Positions 19,214 through 28,970 of a DNA stretch of 64,000 nucleotides are shown here, piece after piece. Below the pieces are notes generated by a model that was not told where the DNA came from, made no database searches, and saw only the letters and a program-made list of their open reading frames with translations. The stretch lies in the sequence record NC_061450.1; one strand, given 5' to 3'. Position numbers and translations under genes: made by a program. Within the stretch, counting starts at the first letter, position 1; each line of letters starts with the position of its first letter.

Positions 19214-19593
19214 CCCAGCGCTATGAAACAGAGCAACAAGCCGCTGTGGCAGTTGCGGAAGCTCGGGGCTGGCGTCAGGAAGAACGTTGGTCTGTGTGTT
19301 GGGCAAGTGAATGTCAATTCTGGATGGACGGTGATAGAGAAGTCGTCGAAGTGGATGACTATCTGCCGTTCCTGCCCGAAAGTATCATCGCCTATATGCA
19401 TCAATACAGTCTTAACATCAAGCCTGTGCATCGCCTGATTCAAGGTCGGACAGTTCGTTTATGGCAAGTCATGTCCAACGGCAACTATCAAAAGCGTTTC
19501 GAGTCGCCTTACATGTGGGATGCAGTTGCACAGTGGCTGGTGGGACATTATGAGTTCACTGCAATCCTCAAGCAAAAGGTAGACCTGCTATGA
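19210..19593 (+). CDS. hypothetical protein, paralogue of 19590-20042
   Basis: ARGW, YSLNIKPV, RLWQV, DAVA shared with next gene. Confidence 0.65.
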   Translation: MTQRYETEQQAAVAVAEARGWRQEERWSVCWASECQFWMDGDREVVEVDDYLPFLPESIIAYMHQYSLNIKPVHRLIQGRTVRLWQVMSNGNYQKRFESPYMWDAVAQWLVGHYEFTAILKQKVDLL

Positions 19594-20042
19594 ACAATGA
19601 CCTGCTACCTCTCGACAGCCTGTCGAATATTGTTGACCACGAAATCACAGGCGATAAACTCCAAGCTCTCCACGCTGACTTGCGTGCTCGTTATCTTGCG
19701 GCGCGTGGCTGGACAGAGAAGTTAGAATCTGTTGCCTGGGGCATGGAAGGCGAAGCGTGGATGATAACTCGTCACGACGGAACCAAATTCGAATCCAGAT
19801 TCTTTTCTGTGACAGACAACGGATTTGTCGCGGACGCCATTGTTAAGTACAGCCTGCATGTTAGTCCTGTACTTACGCCTCAGAAGCAAGACAAAACCAA
19901 ACCGGTGCGTAGCTGGCAGGTAAAGTCTACCCACACACGCTACAAGAAGTCAGTAACAGCACGCTTCCTGTTTGAAGCTGTTGCCTTGTTTGTTATCGCT
20001 ATGGTGCAACGGGAGCAAAAGGAAAAAGACAGTGGAAAATGA
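19590..20042 (+). CDS. hypothetical protein, paralogue of 19210-19593
   Basis: ARGW, YSLHVSPV, RSWQV, EAVA. Confidence 0.65.
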   Translation: MNNDLLPLDSLSNIVDHEITGDKLQALHADLRARYLAARGWTEKLESVAWGMEGEAWMITRHDGTKFESRFFSVTDNGFVADAIVKYSLHVSPVLTPQKQDKTKPVRSWQVKSTHTRYKKSVTARFLFEAVALFVIAMVQREQKEKDSGK

Positions 20043-20319
20043 ACAGCTCTTGAAAAAGCTACAGATGGTTGTGAGTTGCCTGGTCAGCCAGATTGAAGCT
20101 CTGGGCATAATGATTGATCACAAAACAGGTGAACTCAATCACGGTGCTTTGGGTCTGACGATAGGCACGCATAGCGTTGAGTATTGCGTTATGCAGATCG
20201 ATGTGCTGCTAGAGATTCGTCAACGTTTCCAGCGTGAACTCGCCGAACTCAACCAAAACTACGAAAGCCACATTAATCTTTGGGCAGATGGTCTACTTAA
20301 CTCTATGGACGTAACATGA
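20032..20319 (+). CDS. hypothetical protein
   Basis: Probable GTG start at 20032. Confidence 0.5.
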   Translation: MENEQLLKKLQMVVSCLVSQIEALGIMIDHKTGELNHGALGLTIGTHSVEYCVMQIDVLLEIRQRFQRELAELNQNYESHINLWADGLLNSMDVT

Positions 20320-20801
20320 ACGAAAAGAAAGCAGTAGCAATCATGGCGGCCCTGTTTGGTCTGGCCACAATCTCCAACAGCCGTCGGCGTAGCTGTGCAG
20401 CCGCAGTAGTGCGTCTTGTTGAAGGCGTGCCTGTGATGATTGCCACAGGCGTTAACGGTACTTCTCCTGGACACGATAATGTGTGTGAGCCAGAAGACCT
20501 CAGCAGTACCTACCCGCACGTCATTCATGCAGAAGATAACTGTCTGCGTCGTTATACGGCGCTGGGTAATATCAGGCCTGACTTGGACATGCTGTTTGTC
20601 ACAGACAGTCCCTGTGCCGCGTGCTTTGACAAGATTATCGCCTCAAATATTCGTCAGGTGTACTATGCGCGTAGTTACCGCATTCAAGACCACTTGCCAC
20701 TGGCTGAACGTCATGGGCTGGAGTTCGTTGAAGTGGACTTGCAGCAGGTGCGCATGAATCTGATTGAAGCCCACCAGCGCATCGATAAAGTGATCAGCTA
20801 A
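20316..20801 (+). CDS. dCMP deaminase (cytidine/deoxycytidylate deaminase family)
   Basis: TGVNG, IHAE, TDSPCAAC zinc motifs. Confidence 0.88.
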   Translation: MNEKKAVAIMAALFGLATISNSRRRSCAAAVVRLVEGVPVMIATGVNGTSPGHDNVCEPEDLSSTYPHVIHAEDNCLRRYTALGNIRPDLDMLFVTDSPCAACFDKIIASNIRQVYYARSYRIQDHLPLAERHGLEFVEVDLQQVRMNLIEAHQRIDKVIS

Positions 20802-20873
20802 TGTGCCGTGGTGAACGGGGTGAACAAGGCCCAATCGGTGAAAAAGACACAAGTAGGCAACAGGAGAGAAAGT

Positions 20874-21920
20874 ATGAACGACAAGTTTTCGAAGATAGTC
20901 GAAAGCAAAGAAAAGATTGGCGCCGCAGAGAACGTGAGAATCATTCCTGAACAGGATAATCCGTTTTACGTTTCACCAGAAATGCAGAAGGTTATCTCTG
21001 ATTGCCGTGATGAAAACTTTGATGCAATGCAGGACAAGCTGGTTGGTCTGTTGCGGGAACACCACGATAAAGAATTTATTCAGTTCCTGACAAGCAAAGG
21101 CAACGGTATGCAGATCAGCTTGGAAGATTGGTCGAAGCATCTACTCACCAAGTTAGGTAAAACTGAATCTTGGTTCTTGCCTGTAGGAAGCACTCCAGCG
21201 GCCTCAATGGACAGTGAAAAGTTTGTGCGTGTTGGGCAAGACAAGTACGTCCTGCGTAACCCCGAAGCTGAAAAGATTGGTCACGTAGACTACGGCCTTG
21301 ATGGCGTGCCTGGACAGAGCGGTCCGGCTGGTAAAGAGATTACGTGCGAGGCAGAACTCTATATCAATGGTGAACGCTACGATCAGCAAGTACCTGATGC
21401 CTCACTTGATGAAGATGGCGAACGCCTGTGGCAGCGTGTGTGTCAGGGTGTGATTGACGATCTGATTCGTGAGTGGGGAGCGCCAAAGATTGAGGCCCTC
21501 GACAACCACGGACGCAGTATTACACTGACTGCCGAAGAAGTCGCAGACACAGCCATGAAACGGCACTATCTGCAAGGTATGAAGGAACTTAACCAGCCGT
21601 TCTCACGTCAGCCCAAAGGCCGGGATGTTGAGACTATCTACGGTAGCCGTGCCCGTGATATGGCAGGACATGTTCGTGTCAATGGCACTTCTATGGCTGC
21701 TCACAAAGGCGTTGTTACTCTGGATGAGTTTGTTAACGGCCAGACGTATCAGATTCAGTACGAAACAGACGCAGGCGCTGACGGACTTGGCCTGAGTCGT
21801 ACATGGCGTCCTGACAATGTGTTTGCCAAACGCAGCAAAACGGTCCACAAGCCTGTGCGCAAAGTATCGCTGCGTGAGAAGGCCCGTGCCCAACGTCGAG
21901 CCAGAAGGAAGTCACGATGA
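20874..21920 (+). CDS. hypothetical protein with basic C-terminal tail
   Basis: ATG 20874 with CAGGAG RBS; ends KARAQRRARRKSR. Confidence 0.6.
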   Translation: MNDKFSKIVESKEKIGAAENVRIIPEQDNPFYVSPEMQKVISDCRDENFDAMQDKLVGLLREHHDKEFIQFLTSKGNGMQISLEDWSKHLLTKLGKTESWFLPVGSTPAASMDSEKFVRVGQDKYVLRNPEAEKIGHVDYGLDGVPGQSGPAGKEITCEAELYINGERYDQQVPDASLDEDGERLWQRVCQGVIDDLIREWGAPKIEALDNHGRSITLTAEEVADTAMKRHYLQGMKELNQPFSRQPKGRDVETIYGSRARDMAGHVRVNGTSMAAHKGVVTLDEFVNGQTYQIQYETDAGADGLGLSRTWRPDNVFAKRSKTVHKPVRKVSLREKARAQRRARRKSR

Positions 21921-22306
21921 GCGAACCCTACTACTGTCGTGGCTGCGGTAGTCCGAGAAAAGATACCACATGCCCGCGCTGCGATGTTCCTACATTTGTG
22001 CCTGCTGATGGCTGGGACCATCCGGTGCTGCCCGACGTGCATGAGATTCGCAAGATTGCACGTCGGTATGGCTATGCAATCACCGAACATGGTAGCCGCG
22101 AACGCGATCTTGACCTAGTTGCCATACCTTGGATAGAAGACGCTATCTTTTATCCTGAGTTTATCCACCAGCTATGTAAAGAACTGGATGCTGAGATAGT
22201 AGGCAAAATGGAAGTCAAACCCCACATGCGTATTGCTGTCTCGATTCAGAAACGTGGCTGGTATCGTGTGATTGATCTCAGTATTATCTCGCCCTTAGTA
22301 GCATAA
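21917..22306 (+). CDS. zinc-ribbon plus minimal nucleotidyltransferase-like protein
   Basis: CRGC/CPRC then HGSRERDLDL (GS..DxD) and KPH. Confidence 0.5.
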   Translation: MSEPYYCRGCGSPRKDTTCPRCDVPTFVPADGWDHPVLPDVHEIRKIARRYGYAITEHGSRERDLDLVAIPWIEDAIFYPEFIHQLCKELDAEIVGKMEVKPHMRIAVSIQKRGWYRVIDLSIISPLVA

Positions 22307-22312
22307 GATAAT

Positions 22313-22321
22313 CTGTAAATA
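22313..22321 (+). promoter_or_regulatory. CTGTAAATA putative phage promoter
   Basis: Intergenic, about 37 nt before 22359. Confidence 0.6.
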
Positions 22322-22358
22322 CTAATCGCTAATCAACCCCCTGAATACAGAGGATAAC

Positions 22359-22985
22359 ATGCCAGACAACAAACAACCAATCGAATACTACGTGGCTGAG
22401 GCCAAGCGCCTGGGCCTGAGTGAAGAACAGCAGTCTGTTATCGGTGACGAAACTGACGGCGATGCATTCCGTGAGCATATTGCCAACGCACACGACCTGA
22501 CCGACGACGAACTGCGTGAACTTCTGACGCAGGAGTGGGACAGATACTCTGCCGATCCAAAAGCTGCCGCAACTTCTTTCGACCGTGACGCCGAGGCCCA
22601 AGACGAAGCCAATGGCCGCCATGCTGACAGCGAGCCAGACGAAGGCTGGGAAGATGAAGACCCAGAAGAAGACGAGCTGGACGACGAAGATGATGACTTC
22701 GGCTCGGATGTAGGTGAAGATGACGACGACTGGGATGAAGACGAAGAAGATTTTGATTCGTCCTCTGACACCGACGGTCTGGAATCTGGCGATGAGCCAA
22801 AAGAAGACGAGAAGTCCGAGCGGGGCCAAACTCAATCTTCTACCACAGTAGATACCGCGCCTGATTTCGATTCAGAATCTCTGGATCATCTGGATATCGA
22901 TGAAGATGCTATCGAGCAGAAACGTAACGGTGGCGGTGAAGCGCTGGACGACGGCGAAGCTGATTGCGAAGGCTGCAAAATCTAA
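22359..22985 (+). CDS. highly acidic protein ending in an NrdA-like CxxCKI tail
   Basis: 79/208 residues D or E by hand count; C-terminus DDGEADCEGCKI. Confidence 0.75.
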   Translation: MPDNKQPIEYYVAEAKRLGLSEEQQSVIGDETDGDAFREHIANAHDLTDDELRELLTQEWDRYSADPKAAATSFDRDAEAQDEANGRHADSEPDEGWEDEDPEEDELDDEDDDFGSDVGEDDDDWDEDEEDFDSSSDTDGLESGDEPKEDEKSERGQTQSSTTVDTAPDFDSESLDHLDIDEDAIEQKRNGGGEALDDGEADCEGCKI

Positions 22986-22993
22986 ACCAAAGT

Positions 22994-23017
22994 GGGTGGC
23001 CTTGTGCCGCCCCTTTT
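22994..23017 (+). terminator. intrinsic terminator
   Basis: GGGTGGC-CTTGT-GCCGCCC then CTTTT. Confidence 0.65.
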
Positions 23018-23030
23018 CAGGAACAAACGT

Positions 23031-23564
23031 ATGCAAATTGGTTATCGTTGTATTCACTGCCGTTATGTCCACAACGACAAAGTTTCAAGCTGTGACTGCG
23101 AGAATAGCAGCACCTTCGAGTACACTGAGGTTGCGATCATCGATCTCGCTCCTATCCGTGATGTTCCTAAGCTGAGTGAACTCAACTATACCAAGGACGA
23201 ATGGCACGTTAATGTTCCTGGAGGTCAGTATGGAAATGGTGTGTATGCTTATACAGGTCGTTGGCAAGATCACAACGCACGCTTCGGACATGAAACGGTA
23301 GCTCACATCATGGGTACTGGCCTTCATCTTGATATGTCCGCCCTGAATGAGCGCAAAGTGCTTCGTGCTAATCAAGTGTTGGTCAGCGGTTCCAACAAGT
23401 TGCTTGAGGCGTGTTACACGGCGCTGGCATACTTTCAAATGCAAGCACAGCGCCAAGGTCCGTCCAAGCGCAACACCATTCGTCAACAAATCTTGATCGA
23501 TGCAATCATCAAGGCAACAGATCAAACTCCCCTCGACATTCAACACAGCAGGAAGGACATATGA
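23031..23564 (+). CDS. hypothetical protein with N-terminal Cys cluster
   Basis: CIHC..CDC; ATG 23031 with CAGGA RBS. Confidence 0.6.
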   Translation: MQIGYRCIHCRYVHNDKVSSCDCENSSTFEYTEVAIIDLAPIRDVPKLSELNYTKDEWHVNVPGGQYGNGVYAYTGRWQDHNARFGHETVAHIMGTGLHLDMSALNERKVLRANQVLVSGSNKLLEACYTALAYFQMQAQRQGPSKRNTIRQQILIDAIIKATDQTPLDIQHSRKDI

Positions 23565-24196
23565 GTATTGTAGACCGAGCAACATCAATAGCTATGGCAA
23601 CCGTACGTGGTATTCAAAGTAAAGCATTAGAGCTTGAGCGTCGCGTTAGCTTTGAAGGTGAAGGTGTTCGTGTTCGCTGTCAGGGTATCTACGGTGACGG
23701 CACCTACAAGTGGCGCGATATATGCCAGATGGCCATGATTGCAGCCGTGCTTGACCGTGAGATTACAATCGAAATGAAGGGAGACACAATTAATCCCATT
23801 ATCACGGGCCAAGAGTTGCGTGCCGAAGATGTGTTTCTCGCGGTCAATACTCAGATTTTCAATTTCCTAAGCCAGCAACCTCCTATTGCGTCGCATGTTG
23901 CTATGTGCCGTCGAGCAAATAACAACATCAACGACCCAGAGAAGATGTTTGCTGAAATTCTGAACCTGTATACTGATGGCACATACCACGGTACAAGCTA
24001 CCCTCGTGACGCGTTCATGTACTTTTATTACTCGGGTCAGATGGTGTTTCAACTCTATGGGGTAATGGACACTTTCCGAGTGGGTATACGCGATGATTAC
24101 GACCGACAGTACGTGGCCGATCGCTATGAGATTCTGGAGCGCGTTTCTCAGGAGTTCTTGCGCGTGCCTGAAACAGCTATTGGGAAAAGCGTATGA
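23561..24196 (+). CDS. hypothetical protein
   Basis: ATG 23561 with AAGGA RBS overlapping previous stop. Confidence 0.6.
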   Translation: MSIVDRATSIAMATVRGIQSKALELERRVSFEGEGVRVRCQGIYGDGTYKWRDICQMAMIAAVLDREITIEMKGDTINPIITGQELRAEDVFLAVNTQIFNFLSQQPPIASHVAMCRRANNNINDPEKMFAEILNLYTDGTYHGTSYPRDAFMYFYYSGQMVFQLYGVMDTFRVGIRDDYDRQYVADRYEILERVSQEFLRVPETAIGKSV

Positions 24197-25041
24197 GACT
24201 CTTAACTAAGTGGCAACGCGAGGCAACTATTGAGTATCTGCTTGTGCATGACAACCTACCTCGTTGTCGCACAGTTGCACGTGAGCTGGTGGATGAAGCC
24301 TATTCCATTATTGAAGAACAGGACTATCGCCGACTGGACACAGCAGAGGCAGTTGAGATTGCCATCTTACGTCTGAATGAAATGTTGGCCGAAGCTGTTG
24401 AGCGTTGGTTGGATCTGCACAAGCTGTATGACCATCGTGACAGTTGTCAATTCACTGTCATTCGTGATCGTGGTACGTTCCGTCCTGTGCCTGGCCAGTT
24501 AATTCGCATGATGCTGGACGGCGAGTCAAAGCTAGACCTATGTGAGTTTCACAAGCTGGATGATGGCGCTCTGAGAAATTTAGCTGCTCCGTATTACATT
24601 GAAGATCTGGATGCGCCACTTGCTCAGATTGATCGAGATCGCATGACGCAGGAAGTCACTGCCTGGTTGCAGCCACTGTATCAGTTTGCTGCATTCCAAC
24701 AAATCGTTGCTGATGTGCAGCGTGAGGCGCATAAGTTTGACTTTGAAATCAGATCAGAAGGTATGTCGCGTAAACTGCAACATCGAGTCAATGAGCAGTT
24801 GGCTAAGTGGCTGGAGCATCATTCTCACCTACGTCAATACAGCCACAATTTCTCAATACACGTAGCGGATGAGCTACAGTATGGGGTGGAATTTTCTCCT
24901 GACTTTCAGCTTCTCGGCCGTGGCGAACATCCTCTGGATTTTGTAAATATCACACGGGACAAGTGGAGTGACCACATGCTCCGCGCAACCCACCACGAAG
25001 AAAAAATCAAAGAACTGAAAGGACAATTCAGAAATGTATAA
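24193..25041 (+). CDS. hypothetical protein
   Basis: 282 aa, ATGA overlap. Confidence 0.6.
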   Translation: MRLLTKWQREATIEYLLVHDNLPRCRTVARELVDEAYSIIEEQDYRRLDTAEAVEIAILRLNEMLAEAVERWLDLHKLYDHRDSCQFTVIRDRGTFRPVPGQLIRMMLDGESKLDLCEFHKLDDGALRNLAAPYYIEDLDAPLAQIDRDRMTQEVTAWLQPLYQFAAFQQIVADVQREAHKFDFEIRSEGMSRKLQHRVNEQLAKWLEHHSHLRQYSHNFSIHVADELQYGVEFSPDFQLLGRGEHPLDFVNITRDKWSDHMLRATHHEEKIKELKGQFRNV

Positions 25042-25357
25042 CGCACTCAAGTATGTGATGTTCATCCGTACAGAAAAGCGCCGTGACGGGATTGAGATTA
25101 AAACTCACCTGCCTGTTATCTTTGCCTCATGCGTGATGCACAGCGATATGGCTGAACGTATGGCTGAGCAGGGTTGGACAGAAGGCCGCCTCGAACGCTA
25201 CGCAGATATTGAAATTCTTCCTGTAAGCGCTGGCTTTATCAGCCTGAGCGACATGCGTTGCTTTGGCGAGTCTGAGTCTCTCGAACTGAAAAGCCGCGTG
25301 GAAGACACAGAGATCATCAAGAACTATCCGATTGATAAAGGAGCCATTGAATGCTAA
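25034..25357 (+). CDS. hypothetical protein
   Basis: 107 aa; SAGF..L....CFGESESL. Confidence 0.6.
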   Translation: MYNALKYVMFIRTEKRRDGIEIKTHLPVIFASCVMHSDMAERMAEQGWTEGRLERYADIEILPVSAGFISLSDMRCFGESESLELKSRVEDTEIIKNYPIDKGAIEC

Positions 25358-25680
25358 CGTGGCTCTACTCCGACGCTGGCTACTGGACAATATACGGCAT
25401 CTTGGTGCTGTTGTGGTTCAGTTATATTCTGCTCGGCGGCCGTGTAAGTAAAAAGACGCGACGCCTAAGCAATGGCCTGTATCTAAACAACATGGTGCCC
25501 AAAGAAGACCGCGAGTACAGGCATCGTTTCCTTCCGTGGAAAAAGTATCAGGTGATTTGCGTTCAGCCTGATACGATGCACGGTCCTGCCTCAGTATTGG
25601 TCCACAAGAAAGGAAAGTACCACTGGTGCAGTGACATTCCTCTGAGTATCTTTAACTCACGCTATAAGGAAGTTAAATAA
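25351..25680 (+). CDS. hypothetical protein with N-terminal TM segment
   Basis: Hydrophobic N-terminus, RBS AAGGAG. Confidence 0.6.
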   Translation: MLTWLYSDAGYWTIYGILVLLWFSYILLGGRVSKKTRRLSNGLYLNNMVPKEDREYRHRFLPWKKYQVICVQPDTMHGPASVLVHKKGKYHWCSDIPLSIFNSRYKEVK

Positions 25681-26336
25681 TGTTTGATAATTGGGATTGG
25701 TCAATTTTCTGGCCTGTATGCTTTTTCGTTTTAGCTATTGCCGGTTACTTCGGTCTGTTGGGATGGTTCGGTGGACGTATGCGTCGCAAACATCAATCAG
25801 AGAGCACTACCAACATCGGTGCCAAGATTCGCACAACGTACAATCTTTGGTACACAAACTCTGTACGTGCAGGTCAAGTATATCGTCACCACAGTGGACG
25901 CGAATACTTGATCGTTAGTATCTTCAATGGCATGTGTGACGATAAAGTCAAATGGCCATTGACTGTTGTATACTGCAATGTCCAAATGACGGCATGGTAT
26001 GCACGCCCACTTTGGCAGTTCCTCGAAGGCTGTCAGCTTAATCGAGAGATCGACAACGATGACTCGATACCACTGATGGACCTTATGGCAATGGCACGCT
26101 TTGATGGCAAAGTCGAAGCAGAGCTACCACAGGCTCAAAGTGTTTGGACACAAGGCGAACCTAGTCAGCCTCACTTGAGAAGGCCAAACGTTGTTGTTAC
26201 ACAGGTCTATAACAAGAATCTGTCTCAACCTATTGTTTCGTATTATGCCATAGGTCGTGAGCACGAGGCACTAGCCTTGCCTCTTTTTGTGTTCCTCAAG
26301 AAATACAGTCCCGTAGCCCAGGAGAAAGCGGCGTGA
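25680..26336 (+). CDS. membrane-anchored DUF1653-like protein
   Basis: TM helix then GQVYRHHSGREY...VVY...WYARP...F. Confidence 0.55.
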   Translation: MFDNWDWSIFWPVCFFVLAIAGYFGLLGWFGGRMRRKHQSESTTNIGAKIRTTYNLWYTNSVRAGQVYRHHSGREYLIVSIFNGMCDDKVKWPLTVVYCNVQMTAWYARPLWQFLEGCQLNREIDNDDSIPLMDLMAMARFDGKVEAELPQAQSVWTQGEPSQPHLRRPNVVVTQVYNKNLSQPIVSYYAIGREHEALALPLFVFLKKYSPVAQEKAA

Positions 26337-27421
26337 GCAAGACATTCGATTTAAAGAACCCACAGCACTTTGCAATGTATCTCATGGAAAGTGTTGATGG
26401 CCAGTACATGCAACTGGTTGAAGCAATTCAGAACTCAGGCACGCTTGAGTTTGACAAGAACCGCACAGAAGATACGTGGCAGACCTTGATTGGTTGTGCC
26501 ATGCAGTTGCACAACACAGCACTGGCGTTCCCTGCGCTGCTCAGCAAGCAAGTAGCATGGAAGCCTGCCGTTGATGAGACGTGCTGGTTCGCTCGTGGTG
26601 AAACCAACATCCGTACTCTCAACAGCAAGATCTGGAATGAGTGGGCAGATGCTGATGGCGAGTGTGGTCCAATCTACGGTGAAATGTGGCGTCGTTGGCC
26701 AGATGTTAAAGTATTGCAACTTCCTAATGCGAACGATGAAAGTCCAGCAGCAGAACGTATCGAGAATGAAGCACAGCGTATGCGCAATGCTGGCTATCGT
26801 GAAACACAACTGCCTGATGGTCGCATGTTGTTTGAAGGTGAGATTGACCAACTGTTGGATGCATTGAATGCCGTGTGTGCGCACTCACGTAGTCGTCGCA
26901 TTAAAGTAGCCACGTATAACCCAGGCTACATTCACATGCAGGCCCTGCCTCCGTGTCACACTAACTTTGAGTTCAACGTGACTCAGGCAACCAACTACGA
27001 ACGCATGGTTGCAGCGGCTGCTGGTCTGCCTGTATATGACAATACTCTGCACCTAACAGCGACCATGAGATCCCAGGACACCCTTTTGGGTAGACCTTTT
27101 AACATCATTGGCTATGCTACGCTGTTGCACTTGTTCGCCAAGTATGCCAAGTTGAACATCGGTGGCTTTACGCTGAACACGACCAACACCCACGTGTATT
27201 CTCATCATTGGGATGCCTTGCGCCAACAGCAGGCACAGTACCAGGAGCTGTTGGAAGAGGTTCGCACTACTGGTCATCCTATGACTTATCCTCAGATGAT
27301 TATCAGTGATGCGATTCACGACATGCAGCCAAAAGAGTTGCTGGACAATCTCAGTCCAGACATGTTTAATCTCGTAGGCTATCAACCCAAGCCTGCCGTT
27401 AAAGGACGCGTAACCAAATGA
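26333..27421 (+). CDS. thyA: thymidylate synthase
   Basis: IWNEW, GPIYGEMWR, SRR, LPPCH, RSQD, GRPFN, HVY. Confidence 0.93.
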   Translation: MSKTFDLKNPQHFAMYLMESVDGQYMQLVEAIQNSGTLEFDKNRTEDTWQTLIGCAMQLHNTALAFPALLSKQVAWKPAVDETCWFARGETNIRTLNSKIWNEWADADGECGPIYGEMWRRWPDVKVLQLPNANDESPAAERIENEAQRMRNAGYRETQLPDGRMLFEGEIDQLLDALNAVCAHSRSRRIKVATYNPGYIHMQALPPCHTNFEFNVTQATNYERMVAAAAGLPVYDNTLHLTATMRSQDTLLGRPFNIIGYATLLHLFAKYAKLNIGGFTLNTTNTHVYSHHWDALRQQQAQYQELLEEVRTTGHPMTYPQMIISDAIHDMQPKELLDNLSPDMFNLVGYQPKPAVKGRVTK

Positions 27422-28062
27422 TGAATCTGCTACTACTTGATGTTTTGCCTGAAGGTTGTGTGATGGTCATGCCTGTCAGTGACACGTCACCTCCTCCGTT
27501 GCATGTTGGCTTTGATGGCGTGTTCTGCGATGGCTACGTTATGCCAAATCTGATCTGTGTTGCCTATGCTGGTATGGGCCGTTTTGTTGCGCGTCAGTCC
27601 ACAGGCAAATTTCATCTGACTCATCTGGCCATTGTTTGCGGTGATGCAGAACATACGCTGAGAACAATCAAGAAAGCCTGTGCGCGTCAGGTTGAAAAAG
27701 ATCGCCGTACGCGCATTGTTCGCCTCAACCGCATGATGGTCGAAGAACTGGACCGCGCCGAAATCAAGCACCCTGAATGGACTTCTGACGCTGTACACGC
27801 TGCGGGTATCCTGGCAGAAGAAAGCGGTGAAGCAATGCAGGCTGCTGTTGATTTTAACGCCACAGGGGATCGTGATAACTTGGTCTGCCTTGAATCCGAA
27901 ACGATTCAAACGGGCGCTATGTGTCTACGCCTGCTGCTTAATCTGCAAGAGTTCCGTCAGCCGATTGATGCGCGTACCGTGTCTCAGATTCTTAGCGACA
28001 GCCTGCTGGACGATGCGGCTAAACTCAAACTGATTCAAAAACTCATTCAGGGGCAACCATGA
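27418..28062 (+). CDS. MazG-like NTP pyrophosphohydrolase domain protein
   Basis: EELDRAEIKHP...LAEESGE...ETIQTGAM. Confidence 0.65.
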   Translation: MMNLLLLDVLPEGCVMVMPVSDTSPPPLHVGFDGVFCDGYVMPNLICVAYAGMGRFVARQSTGKFHLTHLAIVCGDAEHTLRTIKKACARQVEKDRRTRIVRLNRMMVEELDRAEIKHPEWTSDAVHAAGILAEESGEAMQAAVDFNATGDRDNLVCLESETIQTGAMCLRLLLNLQEFRQPIDARTVSQILSDSLLDDAAKLKLIQKLIQGQP

Positions 28063-28931
28063 AAGGTCTGTGCACCAAAATCATCAAGCACCACGCCTTG
28101 CCTGAGCATGGCGTTGAAGGCTATCCGACGTATGAGATCATCGCCGAGCTGAACTATCCAATTGAAGAAGGTGAGCACTCGAATCTGGAACTCAACGACG
28201 TTCTGACTCTGCGTGATGTTCGTGTTGATCTCATCAACCCAGGCACATACAGCCTTGCGTTTGAACTCGATCAGCAGGACGATGCCGAGCAAGGTAACTA
28301 TATCATGGATGCCTTGGCTGCAATGCAGTACGCACAGCACGGCTTCTTGCCTGTGCAGCACGTCATTGATACCATGCGTGAGCGTATCAGAAGCGTTGTG
28401 CCTGACGGCATTCAGATCAGTGTGGAATTGGACCAAGGCATTGTTTCTGTAACGGTGGGCGGTTCTGCTACAAAAATGCCACTGGGCGTTGTGTACACCC
28501 AGCATTTGTTGACAGGCCCGATGGTGTACTCATGGGCTAACAACGAATTGCGTTTGAACCACAACATGCCGCCAGTTCACATGGTGGAACAGTGGTTTGT
28601 TATGCACAATCAGATGCTGCGTGATAACATTGAAGACCTGCCTGATGTTGCTGCTTGCTGCCTTGTGTGTTTAGGTAATGGTGCTGATGGACGCTTGCAT
28701 TATGCCTATGCAGTTGCGATGATGGACGGTAGCTTTACAACAACACCGATGAACATCGGACAGATCATCTGCATGGTCAATACAGGCAAATGTCCCGAAG
28801 TTGAGATTGTGCCTGCTGAGGGCGGTAACGGTATCAATCTCAGCCTTCTCAATGATGAACTCCTGCCAGAAGCCTTAACCCACCTCGACGCAATTACTGA
28901 TTACCAGCTTGGCCTGACAGCCCGCCTTTAG
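28059..28931 (+). CDS. hypothetical protein
   Basis: 290-aa ORF. Confidence 0.6.
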   Translation: MKGLCTKIIKHHALPEHGVEGYPTYEIIAELNYPIEEGEHSNLELNDVLTLRDVRVDLINPGTYSLAFELDQQDDAEQGNYIMDALAAMQYAQHGFLPVQHVIDTMRERIRSVVPDGIQISVELDQGIVSVTVGGSATKMPLGVVYTQHLLTGPMVYSWANNELRLNHNMPPVHMVEQWFVMHNQMLRDNIEDLPDVAACCLVCLGNGADGRLHYAYAVAMMDGSFTTTPMNIGQIICMVNTGKCPEVEIVPAEGGNGINLSLLNDELLPEALTHLDAITDYQLGLTARL

Positions 28932-28970
28932 TCAGTAATTTCCTGAACATGGTAATTTCAGGAGGCAACT

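Noticed and set aside
22329-22835. Hydrophobic and poly-Ser antisense ORFs
   Set aside because: Mirror translations of the GAC/GAA-rich acidic gene
26333-27421. dCMP hydroxymethylase or hypermodifying ThyA paralogue
   Set aside because: Keeps the dUMP-type Asn (PFN) and full ThyA motifs
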